Positions 45,649-58,097 of a DNA stretch of 64,000 nucleotides are shown here, in pieces. The translations under genes were made by a program, and so were the position numbers. Below the pieces are notes generated by a model. It had not been told where the DNA came from and did not search any database. It saw only the letters and a list, made by a program, of their open reading frames with translations. This DNA comes from Histomonas meleagridis 2922-C6/04-290x (Eukaryota > Protista > Parabasalia): the NCBI GenBank assembly GCA_020184695.1, contig JAANOX010000258.1, positions 310,001-374,000 on the forward strand, given 5' to 3'. How positions within the stretch are numbered: the stretch's first letter is position 1; each line of letters opens with the position of its first letter.

Positions 45649-45804
45649 ATGACAGCCCACAAAACCCTCAGAATGAAGCGTATCCTTGCTAAAAAAATCA
45701 AGCAGAATCGTCCAATGCCACAGTTCATTAGACAAATGACCGGTGTTCGTCATGTTCAAAACCCAATGCGTCGTCATTGGAGACGTAGGAAGTTAAACAT
45801 TTAA
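45649..45804 (+). CDS. RPL39: 60S ribosomal protein L39 (eL39), 51 aa, not in the ORF track
   Basis: [51 protein letters not shown] matches the eL39 pattern (LAKKxKQNRPxPxW/F...RRHWRRxKL). Confidence 0.95.
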   Translation: MTAHKTLRMKRILAKKIKQNRPMPQFIRQMTGVRHVQNPMRRHWRRRKLNI

Positions 45805-47570
45805 AAAAATATGATTGAATTAAAAATATTTCTCAAATAAACTTTGTTATTCGTATTTTATGAATTTAATTCTTCTTTTTTGTTTTAAGCACACACAAAG
45901 ACTGTAATGAAATCTATCGCTATAACGATTGTTTTGACAGTTTCGAAAAGAGGTACTTCAACTCCCAAAAAAACAGATTTTTTTTTCCTAAACTCATGAA
46001 ATATATTTTTTAATCGATTTTTTTAAAAAAATTTATTTTTTCCAGTCATTCATGATTAATTTATGATGAATTTTATATTGTATTGATTTGAGAACCCTAA
46101 ACCCACCAGGAAAAAAATCATTCAAATTTTTCATTTTTTTCTCCCATTTTTTTTTTTAATTGATGAAAAAATTATATAAAGTGGCGACCTGATTTATTTT
46201 AAATATTTATTTTTAGCACAACTTAGAATCCTTGTTTTATAAATTTTATTGAAAAATGAAAATAAAAATATTTTATTATCCAAAAAATGCTGTAATATTC
46301 AAAATATTTGTTTTTTTCAATAAACAATAAAAATTAAAACATAATAATTAGCACAATCAAATTATTTTATGTCATTTGTGCTATATTTTGGAGTGTTTCT
46401 TGATTGAACGATGCATTTTGAGAACTCATTCTCAGAATATGATGATTTTTTGATAAATACGATATCTCTATGTATCGTATTTAAATTTTTTTGAAGATGC
46501 TATTGATAAACTTATATATATAATTTTATATATATTAAATATATATGGCATACATCAACTGAAATATATTATTTCGAGGAAAGTACTCAATTTTATATAC
46601 AGAGAATTGAGATTAATTCATTTATTTTTTTCTCGTTAATTTCTATCATTAATTGGTCGGCAAACAAGAAGAGACGGGGGTGGGTCATATAACCGCTTAT
46701 TGTCGCAACAAAATTAAAAATGATAATATCTTTGGATTATGCCAATATATTTCAATAAGATATGAAATTCAATATTACCTACTTGAATGTATTAATATAA
46801 TCAGATTTAAAAAGTATTTATCATAGAATTTATCAGAAATAATGAAAAATCGAAAAAGAGTTTGTTTTCATCTTCTCATTTAACTTTTAACAAAAATAAC
46901 TAGGCATTTTAAAGTAATAGCAAAGTAGATTTCTAGTCATGCAGCGCAATTCATAATAATTTTAACATTGCATAAAAAAATCAAAAAAAAAAAAAGTAGA
47001 AAAAATCACACCTTAATTTGTCACTTCATCTTATTTTGAAACAAAAATTTCTTATTCTTAACAATTTAAATAAAGCTGAATATTAGAATTATTAATTATT
47101 TAATAAAATTTCTTATCAAATTTAAAATTATTTCTTTCTAAAAAGTGACACTTCAAGGAAACTCAAAGCATGGGATTTTTGAAGGACCCATGTTTAAGCC
47201 TACCATTTGGAAAAGGAATAAATAAATTGGATGTTGGCTCAAAGATTCAATTTCATAGAAAAGTTCCCTTCTGGGCCCCCCGAATCTATCCTTTGAATGT
47301 AACCGTCCACGGTTTTTCTTTACATCGCAAACGGCCGATAGGCAAGAGATCTCTTTCATTTGAAAATGGCAATTTGGCACGATTGCCCCCGGTTGAAAGA
47401 GTGTACCATTTTCCTCCATTATATAAAGCGTTGAGTTTCACAAGAACCATATGATTGGCAGTATTCATGAATAAACGGCTTTTTGTGAAGGATGAAACTT
47501 TTTAACGGTTTCAAAAGTATTATTATTAACGGCCGCCTTCAGCAAGTGATTTCCCATTTTTCATTACCAA

Positions 47571-48824
47571 ATGGAGAATGAAGATTATCAAACCACAAGA
47601 AGGGAAGCACAAAAGGAATCCAGAAATACACGCATAGGAATAATCACAAGAATTAAAAATTTAATTACTTCAATTATCAATGGTCAAGATGTTACCTCAT
47701 CTCTTACTCATTTAGAAAAAATAATTATGAACAATTCCGAGCATTTAGATGATTATTTCCAAGAAATCGATTTTCCGTATGCATTTTTTTTACAAAAAAT
47801 AATTGAAGATCCAAATAATCCAGACGCTAACTTATATCTTTCTACTGTTTCCCGTTTATCAAAGGCTTCAAATTTTCAGTTTAATCATTTTCAAAATTCT
47901 CCACAATTAATCGATTTTTTTCTTCATATTCTTACTACCACCACAAACAGGTATGTATTTTCAAATATCCTTTTACTTTTTCAATCACTTTGCCATCATT
48001 TCCCGGAAATTTGTCAACTCATAATTGCAACAGACTTTATTCATAATTTTTCCAATAACAGCCTTTTATATTCGGCACAACGATCACCTTTTTTCCTACG
48101 GGAGTTTATCTTTAGTCCATATGTCAATATTAATATTTTATTAGATATCAATTATATCTTTTCCAACTTCTTCAAACGCACAGACAAATGTTTTATCATT
48201 ACTTCTGTTCTTGAAATTACCAAAGAAATTGTTGAGCGAAATGTTCAACCGTTTAACATTGATTACATCCAAGAAAATTTCATACGACTTCTTCGATATA
48301 ACAGGTTCAGCATTACCATTAAATTGGCTGAACTGATCACTATCATTCCTACTTTTCCATGTTGCATAGAAATATTATATCAATTAATAATACAAAATCA
48401 TTACAAAATTATTCCATCGATTATGAACTTGTTTCGAGTAAAATATGAAATTTGGCATCAATTTGTGAACGACGAGTTCATTGAGGGGTTACTTTCGATT
48501 ATGGACAAATCGTCATTTTATGATGAAATCGAAATATTTAAAACACTTTTATTATATTTCGATTTCAACAGATTTCACCCGAAAATGTTGCAAAAAGTTC
48601 TTAAGTTTGTCGTTTTGAGAGATTTTTCATTAATTTGTTTGTGCAAATTGTTACAAATGTTAAAATGCGTGGCTATGAATAACGAACATCTGAAAATATT
48701 TTTCGATTTGGTGAATAACGATTTGGATGAAATAGAAAATTTGGTTTGCGATTACGATGAATGCGAAGCTGCAGGAATTGAGTTCTTGGAAATGTTCAAT
48801 GAACTAAGCGAAAAAATTAATTAA
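47571..48824 (+). CDS. Hypothetical alpha-helical (ARM/HEAT-like) protein
   Basis: 417-aa ATG ORF with Leu/Ile/Phe-rich amphipathic helices. Confidence 0.6.
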   Translation: MENEDYQTTRREAQKESRNTRIGIITRIKNLITSIINGQDVTSSLTHLEKIIMNNSEHLDDYFQEIDFPYAFFLQKIIEDPNNPDANLYLSTVSRLSKASNFQFNHFQNSPQLIDFFLHILTTTTNRYVFSNILLLFQSLCHHFPEICQLIIATDFIHNFSNNSLLYSAQRSPFFLREFIFSPYVNINILLDINYIFSNFFKRTDKCFIITSVLEITKEIVERNVQPFNIDYIQENFIRLLRYNRFSITIKLAELITIIPTFPCCIEILYQLIIQNHYKIIPSIMNLFRVKYEIWHQFVNDEFIEGLLSIMDKSSFYDEIEIFKTLLLYFDFNRFHPKMLQKVLKFVVLRDFSLICLCKLLQMLKCVAMNNEHLKIFFDLVNNDLDEIENLVCDYDECEAAGIEFLEMFNELSEKIN

Positions 48825-49451
48825 ATTTATGTAAAAAATGCGTTTGAAAACTGTTTTTTGTTGTAGAGTTTTCTACTGAAGTGATTTTAAAGTTGTATTT
48901 TTGAAATCAAACTTCATGAAGTTAGAACTAGTTCCTATAAAATATAATCAGCGATAGCATTAATTTGTATTATCTTATTAGTTATTTTGGGAATAACATC
49001 TGTCAGATCAATTGATCTCTTTGGAATGACTTTCAAACAATTAGAAAAACTTTTAACATTTGTAGCAGATATTGTGTATCTTGACAGAAGTATATTGGGC
49101 TCTTTGAAAAGGTTTCAATTTTTTTTCATTGGTTGCATATATATTTCATACATTTTTCATGAATTTTACCGCCATGTTTTTCGTACATTATATGCTTGTT
49201 AAATCCTTAAAAAAATAAGTTCATTAATTGTAATTCAAAAAGGTTTTTTTATACGCAAAGAATCATTTTGTAAATGACAAAATAGTTCCTTTTTATTATA
49301 AAGAAATCAAGGATTTATTTATTTTTATTTTTAAATAACTTAATATTGAACCGATTTGATAATAGAGAATGAAAAATGGTGTATTTTTGATTTGATTAGT
49401 GGTTGACTTAATCAAGAAAAAAGCTTTCTTTTCACATCACATTTCAGAAAA

Positions 49452-50822
49452 ATGGAGAATCATGGCCCAGACGAATATATGGGCGGTGCTATATCATGCA
49501 ACAAAAACAAAATTGCGTTATTCACAAAGGATCGTCTTGGTTTAGTTTCAGTTAAAAATCTAAAAAATGATTTCTTAGATAAAAATGTTGATCCATTCTT
49601 TCCTTCAAAACTATTAACAAAACAACAAGAAATCAAAGGGGTTGCATCGGTGTGTTTCTTCTTTGATCCTTTTATGAATCAATTTCTTGCAGTTTCAACA
49701 AAACAAAAAAAATCAATTATTGACATATACGACAAGCAGCTTGCCCATGTAAAATCTCTTAGTGTACCAGAAAATTCACAAATCCTCAAATTGGAAACAG
49801 ACGATAATTTTCCAAATATATTTTACGTCCTTACAGAAGATAATTCTATATACCAATACAACTCCCATTTCCCAGTTATTGCAAAAGTACAATCCAATGG
49901 TTGGAATATCTTTCCACCTCTTAACTACAAATATGATTTTGGTAATATTCCTCAAGAAAAAACTCCACAAAACCATTGCCTTCTTACTCCCAATTTATCA
50001 CTAATCTTTTCTTCATCCGAAAATGTTTTTTATCTTTATAACAGTGATACTAATAAATATACTAAAAATGATCAAATTCAAAGCCAAGCTAAATTTTGGA
50101 ATAACTCTAGTTCGCCTTGTATTGTCTCCATGCCCGTTCAGCATATCGCTTTAGTTTATTTCCCATCAAATGACACTTTTGTCACTAACGGTTTCATCCA
50201 ACTTAACGTCTTCAACAACAGTTTGATTCGAACAAAAATTCATCAATTTAATAATTTAGATTTACGTTGTATACTTAAACTTTCTGAGCATGAACTTCTT
50301 TTCATTCATAAAAATCGAGTTATTCCATATCAATTTGGTTATTCGGATTTTTTTGATGGGAACAAATTTTCAAAAGAATTTAATTTCCGAGTTAATAAAA
50401 TGAATTATAATGATAACAATGTACAAGAAGATAATAATGAAGTAACACAAGAAATGATTAATGAGTTACCAAAACCTTTGAACCTTTCGAAACTTAATGA
50501 ATTTCTTGATAATGCAATTTCAGCAAACCAATTTTCCAAGTTTGATAACTTAAAAGAAACAATTAATCGCACCGAATGCTTACTTAATCAAATAAAAAGA
50601 ATGGAAGGATGCTACAACGGAGTTCCGCATTTGTTGCAAGGTCCGTATAAGGAATTAATGCTCAACGTAAAGAAATTGCAGTCATTGATAAGAACAATGC
50701 CCGGTCATGAAATGAAGGATACATCAATGGAAGAAAAGGAAATGATCGAAACAGCAAAAGGTTACGCCACACAATACTCTGGTTTTACGCCAAATGATTT
50801 AAATTATATTAAAAGTAATTAG
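49452..50822 (+). CDS. Hypothetical protein (beta-rich N-terminus, helical C-terminus)
   Basis: 456-aa ATG ORF preceded by Inr-like TCACAT motifs. Confidence 0.65.
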   Translation: MENHGPDEYMGGAISCNKNKIALFTKDRLGLVSVKNLKNDFLDKNVDPFFPSKLLTKQQEIKGVASVCFFFDPFMNQFLAVSTKQKKSIIDIYDKQLAHVKSLSVPENSQILKLETDDNFPNIFYVLTEDNSIYQYNSHFPVIAKVQSNGWNIFPPLNYKYDFGNIPQEKTPQNHCLLTPNLSLIFSSSENVFYLYNSDTNKYTKNDQIQSQAKFWNNSSSPCIVSMPVQHIALVYFPSNDTFVTNGFIQLNVFNNSLIRTKIHQFNNLDLRCILKLSEHELLFIHKNRVIPYQFGYSDFFDGNKFSKEFNFRVNKMNYNDNNVQEDNNEVTQEMINELPKPLNLSKLNEFLDNAISANQFSKFDNLKETINRTECLLNQIKRMEGCYNGVPHLLQGPYKELMLNVKKLQSLIRTMPGHEMKDTSMEEKEMIETAKGYATQYSGFTPNDLNYIKSN

Positions 50823-51067
50823 AAATTATTTCTGACTTTTTTTTATTTGATTTGTAAAAAATGGAAAAAAATGATCAAACAAAAAGAATGTGGCTCTAAA
50901 ATGCGTTACAAGATGTCTAACCTAATATCAAATGTTAAATTACATGTAATTCTTTAGAAAATATTTTAATATGTGAAGAAGAAGAAGAAGTGCATAAAAA
51001 CAATTTGACTTGTCTACTTAACGGTCGTGCTATGACTTAACGTTCATTCTTAAAAAGTGACATACAA

Positions 51068-52018
51068 ATGAGCTATTTTAATGAAATTTATCGTGACTTC
51101 GATACACATTTTGTTGAAGAAAACATAAACATGGTGTCATTCCCAAATTGTATTGACTTAGGTCCAATTGTATTCGTGGGAAATCAAGGAAGTGGGAAAT
51201 ATTCTATTCTTAGTCAATTAACAGATAAATTCAAAATATCACCCAATGACTCACAAGGCACTCAAGCAGAAATACGAAATGTTATGATTAAATTCCAAAT
51301 TGTTGATTGTCCAGATTTCTTTGCTTCCAGTAATCCTTTATCCATATTTTCTGGATGTAAAGGGATTGTTTTAGTATTAGATTGTACTGATGAACTCCCC
51401 ATAGATCTAATTATGTCTGTTAATAACATTCGTGATTCAATATCTCCATCACTTGAAGTTCATGTATTCCTTAATAAAGTAGATCTTTTAGATCCTCAAA
51501 ACGGCGAAAGCATTCTGAGCAATATTACATCCCAAATTAGTAGCGAGCTCCCAAATTCGATAATTCATAATGCATCCATTACAGATGGTTCAGCACTTCT
51601 TCATATCAGTCGATTTGTTGAAAGCCTTATTCCTAAGAAAGAACTTCTTATGAAAGAAATGAATAACTTTATTCACTCATTAGGTTTGTCGCATGCATTT
51701 TTAGTCGATTTGCAGTCGCGCATCTTCTTTCTCGGCTTCGATGAGGCACTGATTGACTTAGAACAATTTGCAGCTGCACACGATGCTGTGGATATGTTCG
51801 TTGGAACAGCTGCGGCAATGGAAGCGCGGAATTCGCAGCCGACGGCATCAGTGCAACTTAAGGACGGAACATTTGTACACTTCTTTTGGTCCACTTATGA
51901 CGTGATTCTTGTCGGAATATCTTCGCATAGAATTCCTATAGCTACGGCTAAGAACAATGTACTTGTGTTGTTGCATTCCATTAAAAAAATTATGAAATCA
52001 TTGAATAAAAATTTATAA
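51068..52018 (+). CDS. Divergent Rag (Gtr1/RagA family, RagC/D-like) GTPase
   Basis: P-loop GNQGSGKY, FQIVDCP, VFLNKVD, ASI (G5) and a C-terminal roadblock-like region (AFLVDLQSRIF). M2 motif at 51054. Confidence 0.75.
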   Translation: MSYFNEIYRDFDTHFVEENINMVSFPNCIDLGPIVFVGNQGSGKYSILSQLTDKFKISPNDSQGTQAEIRNVMIKFQIVDCPDFFASSNPLSIFSGCKGIVLVLDCTDELPIDLIMSVNNIRDSISPSLEVHVFLNKVDLLDPQNGESILSNITSQISSELPNSIIHNASITDGSALLHISRFVESLIPKKELLMKEMNNFIHSLGLSHAFLVDLQSRIFFLGFDEALIDLEQFAAAHDAVDMFVGTAAAMEARNSQPTASVQLKDGTFVHFFWSTYDVILVGISSHRIPIATAKNNVLVLLHSIKKIMKSLNKNL

Positions 52019-52479
52019 TAAAATTTCGAATTAAATAAAAGTTTTTCATTTTATTTAGTTAATGATTTATAGATAAAAAAATAAAATATCGAACTTATTT
52101 TAATGAAAGAGATGTATAATTCTGTCTTTTGGTAGAGTTAATGTAAATATGAATTAAAAGAGGTTGCTGTTTGCTCATATGCTTTTAGAATTTTGGTTAT
52201 GCATTCAAATTATTTTTTTTTTCTTCTATTTCATTATCGAGATGATTTATGATATTTTTAAATACACCAAAAAATACTAAATCGAGTGATTGAAATAAGT
52301 TTGTAGTGTGGGAAGCGAAAACAAATGCAATTATTGAGTTTTTCCCTAATATCTTAAAATTCTATCGTTACAGTGCACTAAACGAAGTCTATTGTTCGTT
52401 ATCAAAAAAAAAAAAAAAAATAACTAGGTTGCTGCACACTTTATGTTGCCAAAAGTGCATAAAAAAACGAGGATAGTTT

Positions 52480-53003
52480 AGAAAGGGACTTGAAAATCGC
52501 TCTTGTTGGAAAAAGTCATGGTGTTGGAAAAACATGCCTTGTATTTGTTTTGGATACTAAACCTTTCCGACGCGTTATATCCCGAACGTATTTGAAGGAT
52601 ATACGATAATTTATGACTATGGAGACAAAACATTTAGGTTATGTATTTGAGCCAAGATCCATTCCTAGACTTAAAGCTATACGGAACAGATGTCGTTCTT
52701 CTTTGCTTTGCACTTGATTCTCGGCAATCATTTTGTGATCTAACCCAAAAGTGGATTCCTGAAATCAAGCGGTCTTGTGAAAAGGCTTGCATAATTTTAG
52801 TTGGAACAAAATCTGACTTATATGAGCCTGGTCATCTAGAGCATGTTTCTGAAAAAGAAATTGAAAAATTCGTTGCTTCCCAAAAATTCGCTGGCTACAT
52901 TCTATGTTCAGCAAAGACAGGTGATGGCGTAGAACAAATTTTTCCGTCAGCGATTCAAGCATCAAAATATTTTGGTAAGAATTTAACTTGTGGAATTTTT
53001 TAA
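52480..53003 (+). pseudogene. Rho/Rac-family small GTPase, frameshifted or degraded
   Basis: LKIALVG...GVGKTCL, YIPNVFE (effector loop), TDVVLLCF, LVGTKSDL and CSAKTG are spread across three frames. The WDTAGQE region is eroded. Confidence 0.65.
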
Positions 53004-53150
53004 TTTTTAAATATGATAAAAAATTTTCTTTCATTTTAATAATTTATGATTTTTGATGAATTCTTAATTTTTTTGAAGAATGATTTTTATAAAATTTCAA
53101 AATTTTAACAAATATTTGTTATTTATACATAATAAGTGTTTATTATAAAA

Positions 53151-56100
53151 TTATTTGGTTCTTTTATATATTGATCCTTTCTCTTGAAGTAATTTGAATA
53201 TTTCTGTATGACCATTTTCATATGCCCACATAATTGCTGTTTTAAATAATTAATGATATTTCCATACAATATTTAGAAATACAATATTTTAAAAACTAAT
53301 TCTAAACACACCAAATTAATATTTTTAGCATTTATAACAATATCTTTTCGTTGGAGAAGTAATTTTACAATTTCGATATGGCCATTTTCAGAAGCCAACA
53401 TAAGTGCTGTTTTATATGATTCAAATAGTCACCAAATATTCTTATGAAATACTGTTTCATGCTAACAAATTTTAAATAAAATATTTAAACATCTTTTGCA
53501 TTAATGTCAATGCCTTCTTGTTTAATTAGAAATTCAACTGCTTTAGTATAACCATTTTGAGATGCTACCATAAGTACTGTTTTAAATAATATGAATAATT
53601 TCCAAATATTATTTTGAATCATAATATTATTTATATAATAATTTTGCATAACAAATAAATTCCTTTAGCATTTATATCATTATTTTTATGTACAAGTAGA
53701 ATTTTCATGATTTCAATATTACAATATTGGGCTGCCCACATAAGTGCTGTTTTAAATATTTTAAATAATTTCCAAATACTATTATGAATTGTTATATTGT
53801 CAATTGAAATACTAAATAAAATAAATTAACATCTGTAGCATTGATTTCTATATCATTATGTTCAAGAAATAATTTGACGATTTCTATGAGACCATTTTCT
53901 ATAGCTAAAATAAGTGCAGTTTTAATTGTTTTGAATAAATTCCAAATATTATTTTGAATTTAAATATTATTAAAATTCGCTTTATTCAAATGTAATAAAT
54001 ATCTCTTGTATTGATATCAATTTCTTCATGCCCAAGAAGTAACTTAATTATTTCGATGTAGCTAGAAACCAATGATAATTTTTGTGGATCTTTTGCAATT
54101 TCTGTGTGATTATATTTCGATGCTAAAATAATAATTGTAGTTTGATGAAATTTAAATGAATTCCAATCATAGTTATAAAATATTAAATTATTAAAACGAA
54201 AATTAAACAAAGTATATAAATATTTTTACTATTAACATCAATTTCTTTATGATTTAGAAGTAATTTTACTACTTCTATTTGACCATTTTCAGATGCTTTC
54301 ATAAGTGCTGTCCAAAATAATTTAAATAATTTCCAAGTACTATTTTGAAATATCAAATTGTGAAAACAAATTTTCAATAAAATAAATAAATATTTTTAGC
54401 ATTAATAACAATTTCTTCTTGTTCAAGAAGTAATTTAACAATTTCTGTATGACCATTATCAGATGCTTTAATAAGTGGCGTATCAAATATGTTAAACAAA
54501 TTCCAAATATTATTTTAAAATATTAAATTATTTTTATGATACCAAAATAAAATTAAAAAATATCTTTAGCATTAATATCAAATCCTTCTTGTTCAAGAAG
54601 TATTTTTACTACTTCTACATGACCTTTTTGAGATGCTGACAAAAGTGCTGTTTCAAGATATTAGAATAAATATAGTTATAAATATTAAATTATTAAAGTA
54701 AATATAATAAGAAATTAATAAAATCCATTTGGATAAATATCAAATTCAATTTGCTCGAGAAGTAATTTGACAATTTCTTTATTTCCTTTACTGGCTGCTA
54801 AAGTAAGTGCTGTTTTATGTAATTTGATTAATTCCCACATTTATTTTAGATACATAAATTTTTTATAAAACCATCCAAATAAAAGAAAAAATCATTATAA
54901 TCAATATCAATTCCTTCTTGTTCAAGAAGTAATCCAACAATTTCGATTTGATTATTATCAGATGCTCTCATTAGTGCTGTTCTAAATGATTTAAATAATT
55001 TCGAAATATTATTTCGAAATATAAAATTTGTAAAATTAACATTAAATACAACAAATAAATATCTTTAACATTAACATCAATTCCTTTTTGTTTAAGAAGT
55101 AATTTAACTATTTCTGTACGACCATTTTCAGATGCTATTTTAAGTGCTGTATCAAATAATTTAAATAATTTCCAAATATCATTTTGAAATCAAAAATTAT
55201 TAAAATAAATATCAAATAAAACAAATAAATACCCTTAAAATTAACATCAATTCCTTCATGAGCAAGAAGTAACTTAGCAATTTTTGTATTGCCATTTTTA
55301 GATGCATACATTAATGCTGTATAAAATAGTTTGAATAAATCCAAAATATTATTTCAAAATTGGATAAAATTTTAAAAATTAACATCAAATAAAACAAATA
55401 AACATATTTTTTAGCATTAACATCAATTCCTTTTTGTTCAAGAAGTAATTTAACTACTTCTATACGAACCTTTTTAGATGCTATTATAAGTGCTGTATAA
55501 AATAATTTCAATAATTTCCAAATACTATTTTGAAATAGAAAATTAATAAAATAAATTTTAAATAATGAAAATAAATACTTTTAATGTTAACATCAATTCC
55601 TTTTTGTTCAAGAAGTAATTTAACTACTTCTATACGACCATTTTTAGACGCTTTCATAAGTGCTGTCCAAAATAATTTAAATAATTCCCGAATATTGTTT
55701 TGAAATATTAAAATATTAAAATAATCATAAAGTAAAACATACAAATATTTTTAGCATTAACATCAATTCCTTTTTGTTCAAGAAGTAATTTAACTATTTC
55801 TGTATGACCATTTTTAGATGCGGCCATAAGTGCTGAATTAAATGATTTAAATAATTTCCAAATATTGTTTTGAAATATTAAAATATTAAAATAATCATAA
55901 AGTAAAACATACAAATATTTTTTGCATTAACATCAATTCCTTTTTGTTCAAGAAGTAATTTAACTACTTCAGTTTTACCAAACATAGATGCTTGCATAAG
56001 TGCCATCGTAAATATTTTAAATTGTTTCCAAATAATATTTTAAAATATAAAATAATATAAATAAAATTTAAATATAACAAATAAGTATTTTTAATGTTGA

Positions 56101-57376
56101 TATCAATTCCTTTTTGTACAAGAAGTAATTTAACTATTTCTGTATTACCATTTTTAGATGCACATATAAGTGCTGTATTAAATGATTTAAATAATTTCCA
56201 AATATTATTTTGAAATACCAAATTATTAAAACAAATTTTATCTTTAGCATTGATGTCAATTCCTTGTTGAAAAAGAATATATTGAATAAGTTCTAAATTT
56301 TGTGATTCTACGGTTTTAAATATTATATCTTTTGGAAATTTCTTTTTATGGAGAAAATGTTCAACAAGATATAAGTTCCCGGTTCTTGCAGATTCACTTA
56401 AGTCATCATCACTTTCCAAACCTTCTTTTTCCAAAAATGATAGAATTTCATAATTTCCACTGTTAATACAAAAACATATCAGTTTATCTTGTTCAATATT
56501 CTCAAAGTTATTATCATAAAGATAAAGAAAAATTTTATTTTTATGGAATTGAATTGCTGTTTTATATGCATCTTCAAATGATGAATGATTTTGTTCACAT
56601 AAATAAATAATTTCTTCGTTTCCGCCAGCAACTGCATATTTACCTGCATTATCTATTTTTGAACCATTCACAAGTAAATATTTAAAGCATTTAACTGATG
56701 AAAAAAATGCTGCATAATCAATTAATGTAACATTTTCTTTATTAATAAAATTACATCTTTCATAAAGTGATGATTCAATTTTTTGATTAAAATCAAAATT
56801 TGATTGTGATGATATTTCTTGAAGTTTTTCTACTTCATCATTTCGAATTATTTTTGCAATTTTACTTGGATTAACTCCTTCTTTGATTAATTGCTTATGA
56901 ATTTTAAAATCATCATTTGAAAGTTCTTCATATTTTTTAAAAAAGCTTGTAGTTATATTTGAATCAACAAATTTTCGTTCAATCATCCGATAAATTAAAT
57001 AATATGCTTCTTGCGTTTTGATTTTAGATAAAAAATTATAAAAAATTTCAAAAATTTTTTGATTGCTTTTTATTTCTTCTTCTTTTGTTTGAATTATTTC
57101 TAAATAATTTAAATAAATATCATTTACATTCTTCTGTGAACAAAATGCGGAATAAACCAAGTTACAAATTACAATATTAAATGTGTATGGGAAATTTAAA
57201 TCATATAATTTTATTATTTTTAGAATGGAAGAATTCAAATTATCTTCATTTAATTTGAAAACGACCTTTTGCATTTTAATAAGAACTTCCATGCTGATGT
57301 ATTTATAACCAAGGCTTTTATTATGTATTATCTGGGATAATGGTGTAGCTTTGGAAGTGCTTTTGCTTTCCATCAA
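53151..57376 (-). CDS. DUF3447-ankyrin repeat gene, locus E. Continuous ORF to about 56087, then ankyrin blocks separated by spacers
   Basis: Motifs [16 protein letters not shown] and [17 protein letters not shown]. The blocks are stop-free, and the terminal block [29 protein letters not shown] ends in TAA at 53151. Confidence 0.72.
53241..56239 (-). repeat. Ankyrin block/spacer array, 18 spacers (13 exactly 80 nt)
   Basis: Spacer lengths in gene order: 63,80,80,80,80,86,80,80,77,72,80,80,83,80,80,80,80,80. Confidence 0.85.
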
Positions 57377-57476
57377 ACATTGAGTTCGACTTGATCGTTT
57401 TCATTCAAAAAATAGCGTAATTTTAAAGGGTAAAATTTGTGAACATTTAACGGTTTTTTACTTTTTGACAGTAAAA

Positions 57477-58022
57477 ATGGGAGAGATAGCAGAGAAGGTT
57501 CAAAGGCTCCAGAAAGAATTTGAAGATGCTAAACAAGAAATAGAAAAGTTAAATAATGATAAAGCAAAGCAAGACGCTAAGATTCAAAAATTAAGAGATA
57601 CAATTCAAAACAATTTAAGCATAATTGAAGAACTTGAAAAACAACTAGAAGAATACAAAGATAAGTGTGCTGCTTTAACAGAAGAAAGTGGTACTATTCG
57701 GGCTGAAAGACAAAATAAACATCGTGTTAGTAATACAAGTAACATCCAAAAGAATGCTATAAGTATTCTTCTTGATGATCTTGTTAAGCTCCAGAAGGAA
57801 AACATTGATAAAGTTAATAATGTTAACAAGAAAACGGCAGATAATATTGCAAAAATTACAAAACAAGCTGACAAACTTCAACAAAAATACATGGAACTTA
57901 AGAACGCAGCAATGGAGAAGCGAGAAAACAAGAAGAATGCTGACATCGATCTAAATCAATTGTTTGTCGACATTCCAAAGGGAGCAACAATACAGATGGT
58001 TTTCCGCAGACCACCAGCTTAA
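57477..58022 (+). CDS. Coiled-coil hypothetical protein
   Basis: Heptad-rich E/K/Q/L composition. M3-like AACGGTT about 28 nt upstream of ATG 57477. Confidence 0.65.
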   Translation: MGEIAEKVQRLQKEFEDAKQEIEKLNNDKAKQDAKIQKLRDTIQNNLSIIEELEKQLEEYKDKCAALTEESGTIRAERQNKHRVSNTSNIQKNAISILLDDLVKLQKENIDKVNNVNKKTADNIAKITKQADKLQQKYMELKNAAMEKRENKKNADIDLNQLFVDIPKGATIQMVFRRPPA

Positions 58023-58097
58023 TTAATAAATCAACAAAATTGGCCAAATTTTTATGTAAATTGAAATTTTTGCTGTGCTTTTTATAGAGATTGCTCA

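Noticed and set aside
45583-45777. N-terminal 65 aa of the 1292-aa ORF
   Set aside because: Antisense to RPL39 and its promoter, so most likely a chance open frame.
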